Part shown: positions 12,806 through 24,544 of the stretch, one piece after another
Layout: each line of letters starts with the position of its first letter
Numbering within the stretch: position 1 is the stretch's first letter
Assembly (NCBI GenBank): GCA_047495785.1
Contig: JBLDXI010000001.1
Coordinates: 1,860,001 to 1,924,000, forward strand
From: Lepidodermella squamata
Taxonomy: Eukaryota > Animalia > Gastrotricha
Direction of reading: 5' to 3'
Length of the DNA stretch: 64,000 nt
Notes under the pieces: model-generated
Seen by the model: the letters and a program-made list of their open reading frames with translations, nothing else
What the model was told of the DNA's origin: nothing
Databases searched by the model: none
Made by a program: the position numbers and the translations under genes

Positions 12806-15800
12806 TCAAATCGCGCAAAAATCAAGCTGCAAATCTTGAAATCTGAAATAAATGAAAATTGATAAATGAAACAAAAGAGGTCGGCAAACCCCCTCACCCC
12901 TTGGTCGCAAAAATCATAACGTAGTACCATCCTTTGGTGACTATTTTCGTTCGAACCCATTCAATTGAACCTTTCCAGTAGGGGCGATACTGATCAGGCG
13001 GATTCTTTCGAATAAAACAAGAAAAATTTCCATTATTGATATGAAGACAGAAAGAAATACCGAAGATGTAGTCGGAAGGGTTCCGTTTCTTACATATAAA
13101 TCAGCGTCACCTTAAAAAATCATCTTAAATGTTGAAATGGGAATAAATTGAAGCTCACCATTAGCTGCATCGATGAAAACGTTGATGCGCTCAGCACTGT
13201 CTGGAACCATGACCTTGAAATAAAGGGCGACCCCGTCGTTGGCCGATAATTCTAGACAGAAAAAATCAAGAAAATTGCGATTACCGTAAATAGTAGCCCG
13301 GGCTTATGAATTTTAAATCCCTAAAATTTTAAATTTATTTAAATTTAAATTATTCAAATTTAAAATGAAAAAATGAAAAATCTCAAAAATCTTGGGATAG
13401 CATTATTTTTTATTTTTGGGGCCCTATCATACCCTCCAAACTGGGCTACTAAGAACGATGGGCTTCTATAAGCGAATGGGCGTCTATTTCAACATTTCCT
13501 GCATATAAAATACTTTTTCCTACCTTTGACTGCCTCGCAATTGTTCATCACTGGGATGTTGTCAGTTGGCGAGGCTTTGGTTGTTGCTCCACTTGTCGGT
13601 CTAACTGTAGTCGAAGTCGTCGCATTCAGCCGGGGAAGGGGCGCCCGAGTCGGGGGCGTTGTCGGTTTCGTCGGCTGGAGGGTGATAATCGTCAACCACG
13701 GCGGAAGAGATATGGTGAACGGGCTCGCTTTAGTCGTAGCTCGAGTCGTCGTGGTCGCGGCTTTTGTCGTAGTTGTCGTTGCAGCCGCAGTCGGAGCCGC
13801 CGTGGCAGGGGTGCTAGGCTTCGGGGGCATGCAACTAGAAATATCGATGTCTACGGCTTTGAAAGCTTCCAGAATGTACTGCGGATCTCCGCCGACTTTG
13901 AAACGCGACGCTGTGGTCGCAACATCACAAGCCGCGGTTTTCATGCTATGGTTCTGGAATTTTAAATAAAATCATAAATTTGACAGAAATTTGAGTAGAA
14001 CCTTTTTCCATAGAACGGCATTTGCATTTAAGAACGCTTTCCAAGCTCCCTTAATGTCCCAAGTTGGTGAGGTAGCCAGCTTGTAGAAGACATAGTTGTA
14101 GATCGCACTGCAATGGTGAGGGTCGGTTTCTGGGGTAAATTTGTTGTAAGACATCACGATGGACATATCGCGTAAGAACGGCCGCTTTCAATATAAATAA
14201 GATTGAAGATTTAGGATCGAATTTATTGAAATTTTACAGTTTGCATGCAATTTGCGCCGATTTTGAAATCATTTTTGCCGTTTTGGTAGAATTCCAACGC
14301 CTCGGCCATCATGTCAGAAAAAGCCTGCATAATATAAAGATATAAAGATATAAACCTGGTGAAAAATTCGCCTTAAAGTAACTCGCCTCATTCATGCAAC
14401 CAGATTCTCCAGAATAAACTAGATCTGACGTCATTTGAGTGACGCTGTGGCCGATCTATCAAATAGAGATCATATTAATCTGTAGCCACTTGAATCCGAT
14501 TCTTACCTCATGAGCTACAACATCTTCGCAGGCGCATAACCTAAGAAAGAAAAGTAATTTCGAGGCATTTTGGACGATTTTTTCAACGTACGGTGTGAAC
14601 GTTTTACCACCGTCGCCAACATAGAAAGCAGAGCCGTCCCAAAAAGCGTTGTCATATCTCACGTTGAAATGCGCCCCAACATTGAAAACGCCTGAGGGGG
14701 TATACTTTTTCATATCCTGCGAGAAACCTAGTTAAAATTTTCAATTTCAACGGGATCTTTTGTAAAATAAAACGAAGCCTAACCCCATTCAGGATCAAGA
14801 AGAAATTGAACAACTTTGTTTGAGTTATAAAAACAGTCGGCTAAATAAAATATAAAAAAATCCAACAAATTTAGGTGAATGGCCTCATTTTTTACCCAAT
14901 GGGCCGTATGCTGTGTTGACAGGGTCGTCCGGTCCCGTGTCACACGGGTAGGTCACAACTGGCGTACGACCAGGTACAATTCGACTTGTACTACTTTTCA
15001 TGTCATAAACTATGACCGTTTTATTCGCATTTTGCATTAAGCAGTCTTTTTGATCCGAAGATAGGGAAGGCAGTTTCGGCCGTGTTTCTCCGTATCGATA
15101 CCTAAGTAAAATTGAGAAATAAGGCGTAGGGGAAGTCCGAAACTTTCGCCTACTTTCCAACTTTCGCGTTGCCGCCATTACCGAAAAACGTCGAAAGAGC
15201 GTCCCACGATTTTATGATCTTTTACAAAATAAATTAGAAAAATTTAGGTGATTTCCCAATTTTTCACCTCATTTTTCTTAGCATCGATGAGGCAAATAAC
15301 GCGAAATGGGATATTTTTCGCGTATTCTAGGCCTCTGATATCGACCTCGACCGCGTCGATGAGCGACCCGCCTGTTTCCTGGTACTTGTAAAATTTCGAT
15401 TGACTCTCGTAAATCTCGTCAATATCAGTAAGTTCCCAATGCGTTTTGCATGATTTGATCGCAGTTTCATTCAACGCGTCAAGGTCTAGTGAACTAGCCG
15501 CTTGCCTTGCGACTCTGTTCAGCTTTTTCGGCCCTGAAGCTGATCGAATTTTTGTAGGGCCTGCACATAGACCTCTAATGGGCGGCGGCTGGATCACCGC
15601 GGCTCCAGAATCCCAGACTGGGATGTCATCAACGGTATGCTCAAGCCTCGAAATCACTGACCCATCAGGCATTTGAACCTCTAAATATCGTAGCGATAAA
15701 TATTTGGAAAATTGGAAAGAATCGGATGTTTATTACCGATCCCCGATTCAACCAGATCCTCATTATCGTTGGGCAGGTGAAAAATTTGGCGGGCAGTCGG

Positions 15801-16001
15801 CGGTGCTTCGTCTTCGGGCAAATCTTTGCATGGATCGAAATCTTCAGAATGTTGTGGCAGTTGGAAATCGCCCCGCTTAGCTCGCATCAGCAACCCATCA
15901 TCTGTTTTGAGTTCAGGTACGAAGTCGACCAATTTCCTGTTATTGGAGCAAATCGCTCCGTTTGTCAGCAGGAAAACAGGCAGCAAAATAGCCAACTTCA
16001 T
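12806..16001 (-). CDS. M4 metalloprotease copy D (about 15 exons), closest paralogue of copy C
   Basis: Signal MKLAILLPVFLLTNGAIC; GGNAKVGKYRYG; NAFWDGSAFYVGDGG; VVAHE|IGH split by an intron; NE|AFSD; DPHHCS; PPC GDADLYVRNG, ending DFCAI-TGA. 14 introns traced. Confidence 0.9.
13282..13488. mobile_element. Degenerate MITE-like insertion enlarging an intron of M4 copy D
   Basis: Inverted repeat tagtagccc (13291) / gggctacta (13443), AT-rich core, three tandem gggcNNcta motifs at the right end. The host intron is ~270 nt versus ~50 nt at the same position in copies B and C. Confidence 0.55.
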
Positions 16002-16402
16002 AACGAAGACTTGGAGGAAAATGGTGGTCAGAAGTCTTTTTATCGGCAGAATTAACCGCCGCTATTGATCTCTCAGCCATTATTCAATTTTTTTTTAAAC
16101 GGCTGTCAGTTTGCTTAAAAAACGAGACTATTCAGGTGAAACGCACTTGAAAATAACAAAAAATTGCATTCGTTTATTTTTTCTACCTTTGAGATAGTAA
16201 ATAAGTTTTGCTCACAATATAATAATATCGATGTATCACGTGTTGAATGACTGCAAGCCTCTATAAGGCAAATGAGAAACAAAAACATTTTTGCGACTTC
16301 AGATTATACTTATCAACCATTCAGTGAGAGGTGCATATTTTTCATACTCAAATTCAGGATCAAATAGTTCTTCTTCTGTCTTGCGGCAAGCGTTGAGAAA
16401 AA

Positions 16403-18420
16403 TTACTCCGGCAAATTGTAGAATGAGAAATTCGTCACTGAGACCTTCTCCGATGAAATCGGCTTCCTTGAAATGACTAGACCATAGGGCGTTTCGAGCC
16501 GAATCAAGGTGAACTGAAAATTAAACAAATTAAACAAATTACAAATATTCAAAAATCAGGTTTCAATTTATCCAGCAAAAATTAGCGGACTTATTCCTGA
16601 GAGTAACCTCCGTCGTGTTATCCCTCTTCATGAGAAGGATTTCGCCATTCGTCTGTGCTAGGTCGGCACGAGGCTACCGGCGGCGCTCCCCTAAGCTCAA
16701 GCACAAGGCTATCGCGGCCGGTGACAGGAGCCAATGACCGGTATTTGGGCATCTCTGCCCAGCTACTTTCTAGCCGTGGACCGGAGAATTTCAACCCAGG
16801 TCGCAGTTGAACAACGAATGTGTTCCGTGTGTTAACCTGATCAGCGAACTTCAGGCTATAGGCCCGCCCATTAGTTATGAATCATCAACACACATATAAA
16901 CAAAAACGCACTCGAGAAAAAATATCCACCCAGCTCATTTGCATATGCACACAAACAAAAATAATGAGGGGGTAAAAAAAATACTAGAAAATAATAGTAG
17001 TAAACACATACTTTGAATTCTTTACCCGGATCGTCCGTATTGTTATCCTGATTTGACGGAATAGCAATATTCACATCGACGTTTACCACAGTAGGCTCTG
17101 GAATTGCGACTGAATCGCCAACTTTCATCAAATCACTGAAAATTATAGTGAAATATTTCTGAAATTAGGAATTAACAATTGTAATTACGGTGCCATGTTG
17201 TGTATAACAACTGGAATACAATACGGAGCTGAAGATTCGTTAGCCACATCGCATAGACAGAACGCTAGCTCTGCATCAGACTTCGCAAATGCCACGGTTT
17301 TACCAAGCACAACAACGCCAGTATTTTGCCCGACTTGTAATTCAGAGAGAGGCACTCTTCTCAGGCGCAATCCGCTCACAGGGTCTCTACAATAATGAGA
17401 AAAAAATTGAAGAACGGATTTCTCATTTCGGTTCCTCACTTGTATACTCCCAAATCCAAATCACTAATGCTTTGGAGCATTTGCTGAAGCCGCTTAAACT
17501 TAAGGCGGCCCTTTTCTTTGCAAATGGTATTCACTGTTGCGAAAAACTGAGCAATTTGCTCAAGCTTGCTCTTCGGATCCGGCCATGTCGGATCAAGTCT
17601 AGCAGCTTGGACCAAGTCACTAATTGTCGGTTTATACTCGCACAAGTATCGATAGAGCATTGCGCGATTGTAATACATATCAGGTATGGCTCGAATGGCA
17701 GGGTCTTTTTCAGCCTAATAAATGCGTTAAACTTATAGCTCTGAGATCTCAGATAAAAACAGTTCACTCCCTTACTTGAGTATATGCTTGAAGAGTATGA
17801 GTCAGCATCAATCGTTTGTTCGTAGAAACAAAGAACATTGACATGTAGGCATTGCCCAAACATAGCCAAGATTGGCCATCAGTAGGGTCGAGAGCTACAG
17901 CTTGCTTTGCTCTCTCTAAGCTGTCCTCAAGTTGATTAACTCTCTCCTGCAAATTTAATCCAGAATTAACGGAGCCAGACAGTGCTCGAATGGTCATAGA
18001 GACACCGCGAAGACTCGCTTTGTTAGACTTCCATTTCAAAGCATCGGTGAAGCAGTTTTTGGCTGATTGAACGTCTCCTTTCTTCCAAAAACACTCGCCC
18101 AGGAGATTCCACGCTTCAACAGATGACGGATCTAGTTTCACCGCTTTTGATAATGCATCGAAAGCTTGCTGGCTAAAATCTGGCAGCACGTTATTGGCTT
18201 TGCCAACGCATAAAAAATACGAGCTTTTCGAAAGCTTGTTTGCATTCAGTTCTATTAGGTCTTGAACAGCTTGCAACTCAACTTTCAGAAGATCTATTTT
18301 CTTCGAGGCGTCGCTCAGCGGGTGAGTTTCAAAGAATTTGTCCCTGAACTCAAACAGCTTGTCAATGGATAGCTGTACAGCGACGAGAGCATCAAGTTCC
18401 AGATCTTTCTCTGATTCCAT
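16403..18420 (-). CDS. TTC5: Tetratricopeptide repeat protein 5 (5 exons)
   Basis: LFEFRDKFFETH, LSKAVKLDPSSVEAWNLLGECFWKKGD, AKQAVALDPTDGQSWLCLGNAY, C-terminal OB region VGDSVAIPEP and FTLIRLETP. Exons 18420-17776, 17714-17440, 17386-17189, 17135-17012, 16513-16403. Confidence 0.93.
16585..16869 (-). ncRNA. RMRP: RNase MRP RNA, nested in the last intron of TTC5 on the same strand
   Basis: Terminal P1 helix (gcgggcctat / ataagtccgc); P3 with AACACAC internal loop; CR-I GAAATTCTCCG (16792-16782) complementary to CR-V ACGGAGGTTACTC (P4); P8 hairpin ggcta-GAAAG-tagct (GARAR loop); P9 gggca-GAGA-tgccc; P19 hairpin; ~285 nt followed by T5. Confidence 0.88.
16894..16944 (-). promoter_or_regulatory. 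Putative type-3 Pol III promoter elements for the MRP RNA (TATA and octamer)
   Basis: TTTATAT about 25-31 nt upstream of the RNA 5' end and a perfect octamer ATGCAAAT at 16944-16937 on the minus strand. Confidence 0.5.
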
Positions 18421-18588
18421 TCTCAATTCTTTAAAATGGAAATGACAATAGTAGCTAAATCCATATCCAAACAAATAACATAAAAATATGGATGATAATA
18501 ATAAGAAAATTGAAGCTCAGAACGTACAATAGAAGAGCCACCAAGATGAGGTAAATTCGCCTTCTCCAATTCCGTTGGTAGAAGTGCG

Positions 18589-18740
18589 TTCAACCTTCAA
18601 AGAGGGCGTTGCTCCCAGAGGGCTCACTCTCATAGGGCACCATACCCCCAACCTAACCCTAACTCTAACGCTAAACCTTACCCTAACCTCAATCCTAATC
18701 CTTTGAGAGCGACGCCATCTGAGGATACTTCAACCTTCAA
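18589..18740. mobile_element. Short insertion with telomere-like (CCCTAA) degenerate repeats, subterminal inverted repeats and 12-bp flanking direct repeats
   Basis: ttcaaccttcaa at 18589-18600 and 18729-18740; inverted repeat ggcgttgctccca / tgagagcgacgcc; core acctaaccctaactctaacgctaaaccttaccctaacc. Confidence 0.55.
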
Positions 18741-20961
18741 CCAAGAAAATTTACCGATATTTTAAATGAACCCAACGGCCGTGATTTGAGTGATTTTCTG
18801 CCGAGGAGGGGACACATGCTACCCCAGAATCCGGAATACTTAACCCCGGAATTTCTTATCGCCGCCAATGAATGAACTTCAAGTAGCCATTTCTCAGACG
18901 ACACTAGCCTCATCTCATAGCTCTGACTCGGATAAGTAAAGAAAGAGGTTTAAGCATATTTCCCATTTTTACTGTGATGCTTGGATTGCTGCCAAAACTT
19001 CTAGTAGGGTCCTGACCTGCTCAGAAATGGTCACGAAGTGGTTAAAAAGACAAAAAACAAGCTCATCCGAGATATTTCTGACTTTCCCGCCAGATCAACG
19101 ACGCCAATGAAAAGGTCAAGGTCAAATAGCAAATTATTTTTATCTGAAATTCAGTATTAAATAGGTAATTTTATACATTAAGCAATATTATAACTATGAA
19201 TAATTCGAATTTTCGCCTTGAGTCTTTTGAAGGGTCTCGGGTTACAAGTTCGGGGTTTGGAAGATCGATGCTGCCCGCTGGTTGAATCCATTTAATTCAA
19301 GATACTTAGATGCTAGAAATTTCTTCTTCCCACTGATTTAATTAAATTCTGTACTAGAGAGCCTGAGATAACTTGGATTTATCATTCGATCCGTCTTCGA
19401 AGATGGCGGGTTGCAGCTATCATTGGTTGATCGCCATGTGGAAGCAAATTGGAAAGTGGAAGCGGAGATGGCTCGTTCAGGCTTGGAATTAGAAAATGTA
19501 GCTACTCGAAAATTGTTATATAGTTATTGTCTCTTTCTATATATCCGCAAAATTTCCGCGCCAAAATCCCAAAGTGAATCCTTCGATTTCGAATTTTACT
19601 TTCGCTTTTACCGGGATCGTCATCATGATCCGAAGCAACATCGGCCGATCGATAGGCGATTTATTACTAACTGTTAGCGATCCGAATTACAGAAAATAGT
19701 TTGGGTATGCTCCATTGAATACCGTTTGGCTCGCTAGGTATTACACGAAAAGTCACAATGACGAACACACAGCCATTGTGAAGCTTTCACAGGCGTTTTT
19801 ATTTTTCACGAATCATTTTTTCAAGTGGATTTATTATCAGATTGCTTAAAGAAAGACAATCAAGTACGAAAACTATCAACTTAAGCAGGTAAACACGAGT
19901 GAGGAAGTTGAGAACGACATCTTATTCTATTCTAGTTGAAAATGAAGAAAAGTTGGCTAGGAGTGTCAGATGTTGTTTTTCTAGTAGCTTCTGAAACTCA
20001 TAACGATCATCTTCACATGCGCTTGCAATAAAATATCAGTATTCATGACAAGTGGTAAGAGAAATGCAACTAGTAGATTGTGCGACCGCTTCTACCCAAG
20101 TCGTCCGAAATCAACTTCACAGATTGTTCTACGGAATAATTTCATATCAAGTTTTGGCAAGTTGACTTTGGAATGTTAAAATCATATTATTGTCCTTTGC
20201 TCCTATCACTAAATAAGGAGAAAGTTATTCCTTGGAAGTATGGATAAACTCTATTGTTTGCAATCTCAGTTGGAATTATGAAAACGCCTTTTTGTTAATA
20301 TCCATTGTCCATGGGCTATTTCAGGTAAAAAAATGCGAGAGAAAATCATCGCGCTATCAAGAATCATAACATTATTTTATAACCGGAAATACATGTTGTT
20401 TTGTTACCGGAAACAAAGCTCCGCGTCAAACACACAGGAAAAAATGACTGGCAAATCAAATATCAATCAAGCCTCGTTGAACGCAATTCAAAAGGCCCTG
20501 AAAATTAGCCGGAGGAAAATGTTTGATTTGGGTATAGTTGCCTGCGTAATGTTCGTTGAATATAATATCAAATAATCTCACAGAGAAATCTCACATAAAA
20601 ATTGAACAGTGATTCCTCAAACAACTAAATATTATATTAATTAAGCTCTAGGGATTGTTCGAATACTTATATTTACAAATTTGTTAGTGTATTTGAATAA
20701 AATAAATTCATCTATTGAAAAATAACGCTCAGGATTTGGGCGTGTTTTGTACAATGAAAAAGAAGAGAATTGTGAAAAACGCTAAAGAGAGTTTAACGTC
20801 TAGAATTATTGCTCGACTTCGGCGTGTTCTTGAACTATTCAAGCAATTTTTTGTTTCACCTCCTGGCCGCCCAATCAGTCAATTCGATAAAAGATGGCTA
20901 TAGGATTTTTTGAAAAAATGTTCATCTATTAACATTATTGACAACACAATGACTGCCATTT

Positions 20962-22685
20962 TTAGCATGGATCGCAACATTTCGATGGATAACAGCACGG
21001 TTCGACGCCAGTGAGTGGCATGCTGAAGATCGGGCCGACCGACGGATCCATCGGGAACGCCTTGCGCATGCCCATGCACGCCTTAGCGTCAATGCCCAGG
21101 CTGTTCTCCTTGTTGTCAATCTCAGCCTCGAGCGCGCCCTTGGTCTTGAGTAGCCGGCTGAGCGCGCATTCGGCCTGCTTCAAGCGATCGCGCAAATAGC
21201 GAATAGAATCTTTGAGCTCGCAAACTTCCTTTATCAACATCTTCATCGGCCCGTCGTTGCACGCTTCGATGTTAGGCCGGCGAGTGCGCTCCTCGAGGCG
21301 CGTCTGAGCCACCTTAAGCGGCGCCTCTTTATCAGCCAGCGCCTTTCGAATCAACTCGATGTTCTTCTGCATGTCAAAGATGGCCTGGTTGGTTTTGTTG
21401 AGGTGGACTTGCAACTTGTTGCGCGCATCGGTTGTCTCTTGAACGCGGGCGTTGAACGCGTTATTGACGGCTGTGAACATGTGCCACATTTCGTTGGCGG
21501 CCTGGCGGCGCATGGCGTCAATGTCGCCGCGCAGCTTCTCGCTGTTTTCGCGCTCTTTCTGCGAGCGCAAAATGTTGTTCTGCGTGAATTTGACCCACGA
21601 CTCGGGGTTCGAGACGGTATAGTCGTAGCACTCGATGCCATCATGATACGCGATATCCGCCGATGTGTTCCGCAACTGGTGCATGCGGTCGTCGATGTTT
21701 TGCGCCGAATTCTTATCGATGGCGTCCTTTTCCAATTCGTGCATGGCCGCCCGGTTCATCCTTGAAACAAATTAGAAAAATTAAAAAAAAATTGCTAATA
21801 AATCATATATTAATTACTTTTGCTGAATATCGGCACGGTTGAGCATTTTGCGCATTTTTTCTTGCCACTTCTTGATGAGCGCGATTTCGCGGCAAAGCGC
21901 CTTTTCGACGTCGTCGTGAACGCGATCGATGCCGGCTCGCTTCTCGCGCTGCATCAGGCACTCCTCGGCGATTTGCAGCGGGCCGAAAGTGTCGCGAAGC
22001 GCCTTGTCAAGAACTCGCCTGTGCTCGGCCAAATTCTCCATCTCGTTCTCCATAGCCCGAAGTTCGTTCGTAAGCTCGCATTTCCAAAACGCAATGTCCT
22101 GCACACGTTCAGCTGAAAACAGAGGATCAAATTAGTTTTGTATTATAAGACCATGAGCTATTAAAAAATTATCCGAAAATTGCATGGTTACCTACCTAGT
22201 TTCCGGTTTGATTCGGCCTGGCGATTACGGGTGCGCGCATCGGTCTCTTTGACCGCCCGCCACGCATCACTGCGGATACGCTCTGCCAAGTTCTTATCGG
22301 TATCAGCGCCCCAATAATGTGATTTGTTGTTCTGTTGCCAGTCACCCGGGGTGAATCGTTGGTAAACTTGCTCACTATAATTTATCGAAAAATGATTGTT
22401 TTGGTAATTTCTACTACGCGTTTGATCTTACTTTCCCTCGCAGTAATACGAGTTCATCTGAGGAATGCCAGCACTGTAGGATTTTGTCAAGTATTTGTGG
22501 TAATTTTTGTCATCGACCAACGGCAGCATGGTTGATGATCGGTGGAAAGGCCGGATTGAGGTATCAGCGTCCCCAGCCATAGCCGACGTTCCTCGGCATG
22601 GATTGCAGCAATCAGGGCCATTTCTAGCCGACAACGGCGTGTAGTCACCACAGCAGCCGGAATCGACGTTAACAGACTCAGCCAT
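20962..22685 (-). CDS. Tektin (tektin-3/5 type), 4 exons
   Basis: RFTPGDW, ERVQDIAFWKCEL, ECLMQREKRAGIDRVHDDVEKAL, KEAPLKVAQTRLEERTRRPNIEACND (tektin signature variant); coiled-coil character. Confidence 0.92.
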
Positions 22686-22957
22686 ATTATGACTTAATTT
22701 TACGATTTAAGGCAGCTATTTCGACAAAGAACAATCCAGTGCACAAAAAAACGAAACCCCTTTTGCTAAGCTACAAGCTTTTATGCGAAGATGAATGACG
22801 GGAATTAGTAACTCTGCGACAGGGTTACAGGTTTTTTTAAGATTTTTTGTTTTATCTGAATAGCGCTTGTGTAAATATATGAAATGCAGTTGTGTCGCTG
22901 CTTTTGATGCGCTGTTGGCCCAAAGCGCGCCGGGTCTGCGCTCGTCTCCTACTCGAC

Positions 22958-22970
22958 GTTACTTGGCAAC
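22958..22970. promoter_or_regulatory. RFX X-box upstream of tektin
   Basis: GTTACTTGGCAAC fits GTTRCY-N-RGYAAC, ~270 nt upstream of the ATG of a ciliary gene. A second degenerate copy (gtcgctgggcagc) follows immediately. Confidence 0.65.
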
Positions 22971-24544
22971 GGCGTCGCTGGGCAGCACCGATCTTTCTCC
23001 GTTCATAATTAATGAACTAGGCCCGGCGCGCGTGCGAATGATACTAGTGGCTAGTCTAGTTTATTAATATTATGTTCACCAATGACGCAGCGGCGTACTC
23101 GCGTCTAGCAAAAATCGAGAGTATTAACGCGGCTGCGCGTGCGCACGGCAGCAGAGCCGGGAGGAGTGGAAAAAAGGCACCGTGTGATCGCGCCGCGCTG
23201 CTTTTTTGTGTTTGCACGCACTATAATTATTGAACCAATATACAAACGCAAGTATTACCTACCTGCGCGCGCCAATACTTTTTTACCAAGCAGGCCAATG
23301 ACCGATCAGCGGCGCCTTTGTATCAAAACAACATACACACGCATGAAGCCAGTTGTTTTATTGAAATCGTTCGCAATTAATCGAAAAGGACAGAAAATTT
23401 ATAAGGCGTATCACGGTTTTTAAATAATAATACTCATAATATATTATATTTCACGACGTAGTTTCTTTCAGTGGAAACATTGCGTTTTTTGCGTAAACGA
23501 AAAAAGCGCTTGCCACCGGTCGATATAGTTTAAAGCGATACTAGGTGCACCATGATCCCCTGGCACCTATGGTTACCGCTATGGTACCGCTAATGCAGTG
23601 TTATTGTTCTATCAGCCGATTTTGTTTTTCATCGACCGTGTTAAAAAGTGGCCGCTGCTTCATTTTTTCATGTTCTCTCTCAACTCTACACGTCCGGACC
23701 AGATATTTGCACCCGTGGGTTGTAGCAGAAATCAAAACTGAAATATTAATGAAATTAAAGTGCTGCTGATGCTGCTGTTGGTGGTGATTTTCGAAATAAA
23801 ATGCTGACGAAATATTATTGTCTGATAGCAATCGAGTTCGGGGTGAAACATTGTAAATTGCGGTAACGCTTCATTTTCATTCATCGATTACAACGTACTG
23901 ATAAAACGGGTTCACTTGTTGCTCGCCTTGCAACGCGCATTTCTTTCATCGCGCGCTCATGATAGCGATGATGATAGGCGCGCTAGAATCGTTCATGCGC
24001 ACCCGCGCAACCAATCAGCGCCTACCGGATGTCGCGGAATTTGCGTGTGCGCGGTCTAGCCAATGGGCGCGTGAGGAGCGGCGCCGTAAGTCGGGCGCAT
24101 CCGCAGTCAGTCAGTGCGCGGTTAGTCAGCAATAACAAGGCATTCATATTTACCCAGCCTAGCATCCGGTTCTGGGACGAATTAAGGCGCATTAAATCTT
24201 ACTCGCCTCGACTTCGTCGATATTTATTACCCCTCGGGAGTCTCGGGGCAACTCCGCCTATCAGTTGGTATTTTATTATTTACCTAAGCGCGATCATTGC
24301 CTACTATACCTAAGCAACCTGTTCCCAATAAAACCCGGCGCAACGGAGCGAGATTCCACGGAAAACGTAGGGCAGCATATCTCTGACTTCTTACTTACTC
24401 ATCTCTGTTCTGGTCGCAATAAAATTCCGCAAAAAACTCCGCGTCGCTGTTCTTGATTTTTACTTACATGTTCTTTACTTCTGTATGTCTTCTTTAGATT
24501 AGCAAGCAGATTAGATTAGCTAATAATATAATTTGACGACTCAA

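Noticed and set aside
3524-13969. Plus-strand poly-Val ORFs (3524, 6483, 8682, 13526) resembling membrane proteins
   Set aside because: They are antisense shadows of the Thr-rich linkers of the M4 genes.
3247-16001. Bacterial contaminant or prokaryotic operon explaining the M4 genes
   Set aside because: The genes have many frame-preserving spliceosomal introns of the same size class as neighbouring animal genes and are contiguous with TTC5.
16585-16869. SRP (7SL) RNA or RNase P RNA on the plus strand (cccagctact, cccaggtcg, ttcaggcta..ccgcccatt)
   Set aside because: There is no SRP helix-8 GGAAAC motif and no P-type CR-I. The minus strand gives a complete MRP-type motif set.
16871-17011. 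Hydrophobic C-terminal tail of ORF 16871..17131
   Set aside because: It is read-through into intron sequence; the true last TTC5 exon is 16513-16403.
18640-18705. True telomere or chromosome-fusion scar
   Set aside because: The tract is short, degenerate and enclosed by inverted and direct repeats, which fits a small mobile element better.
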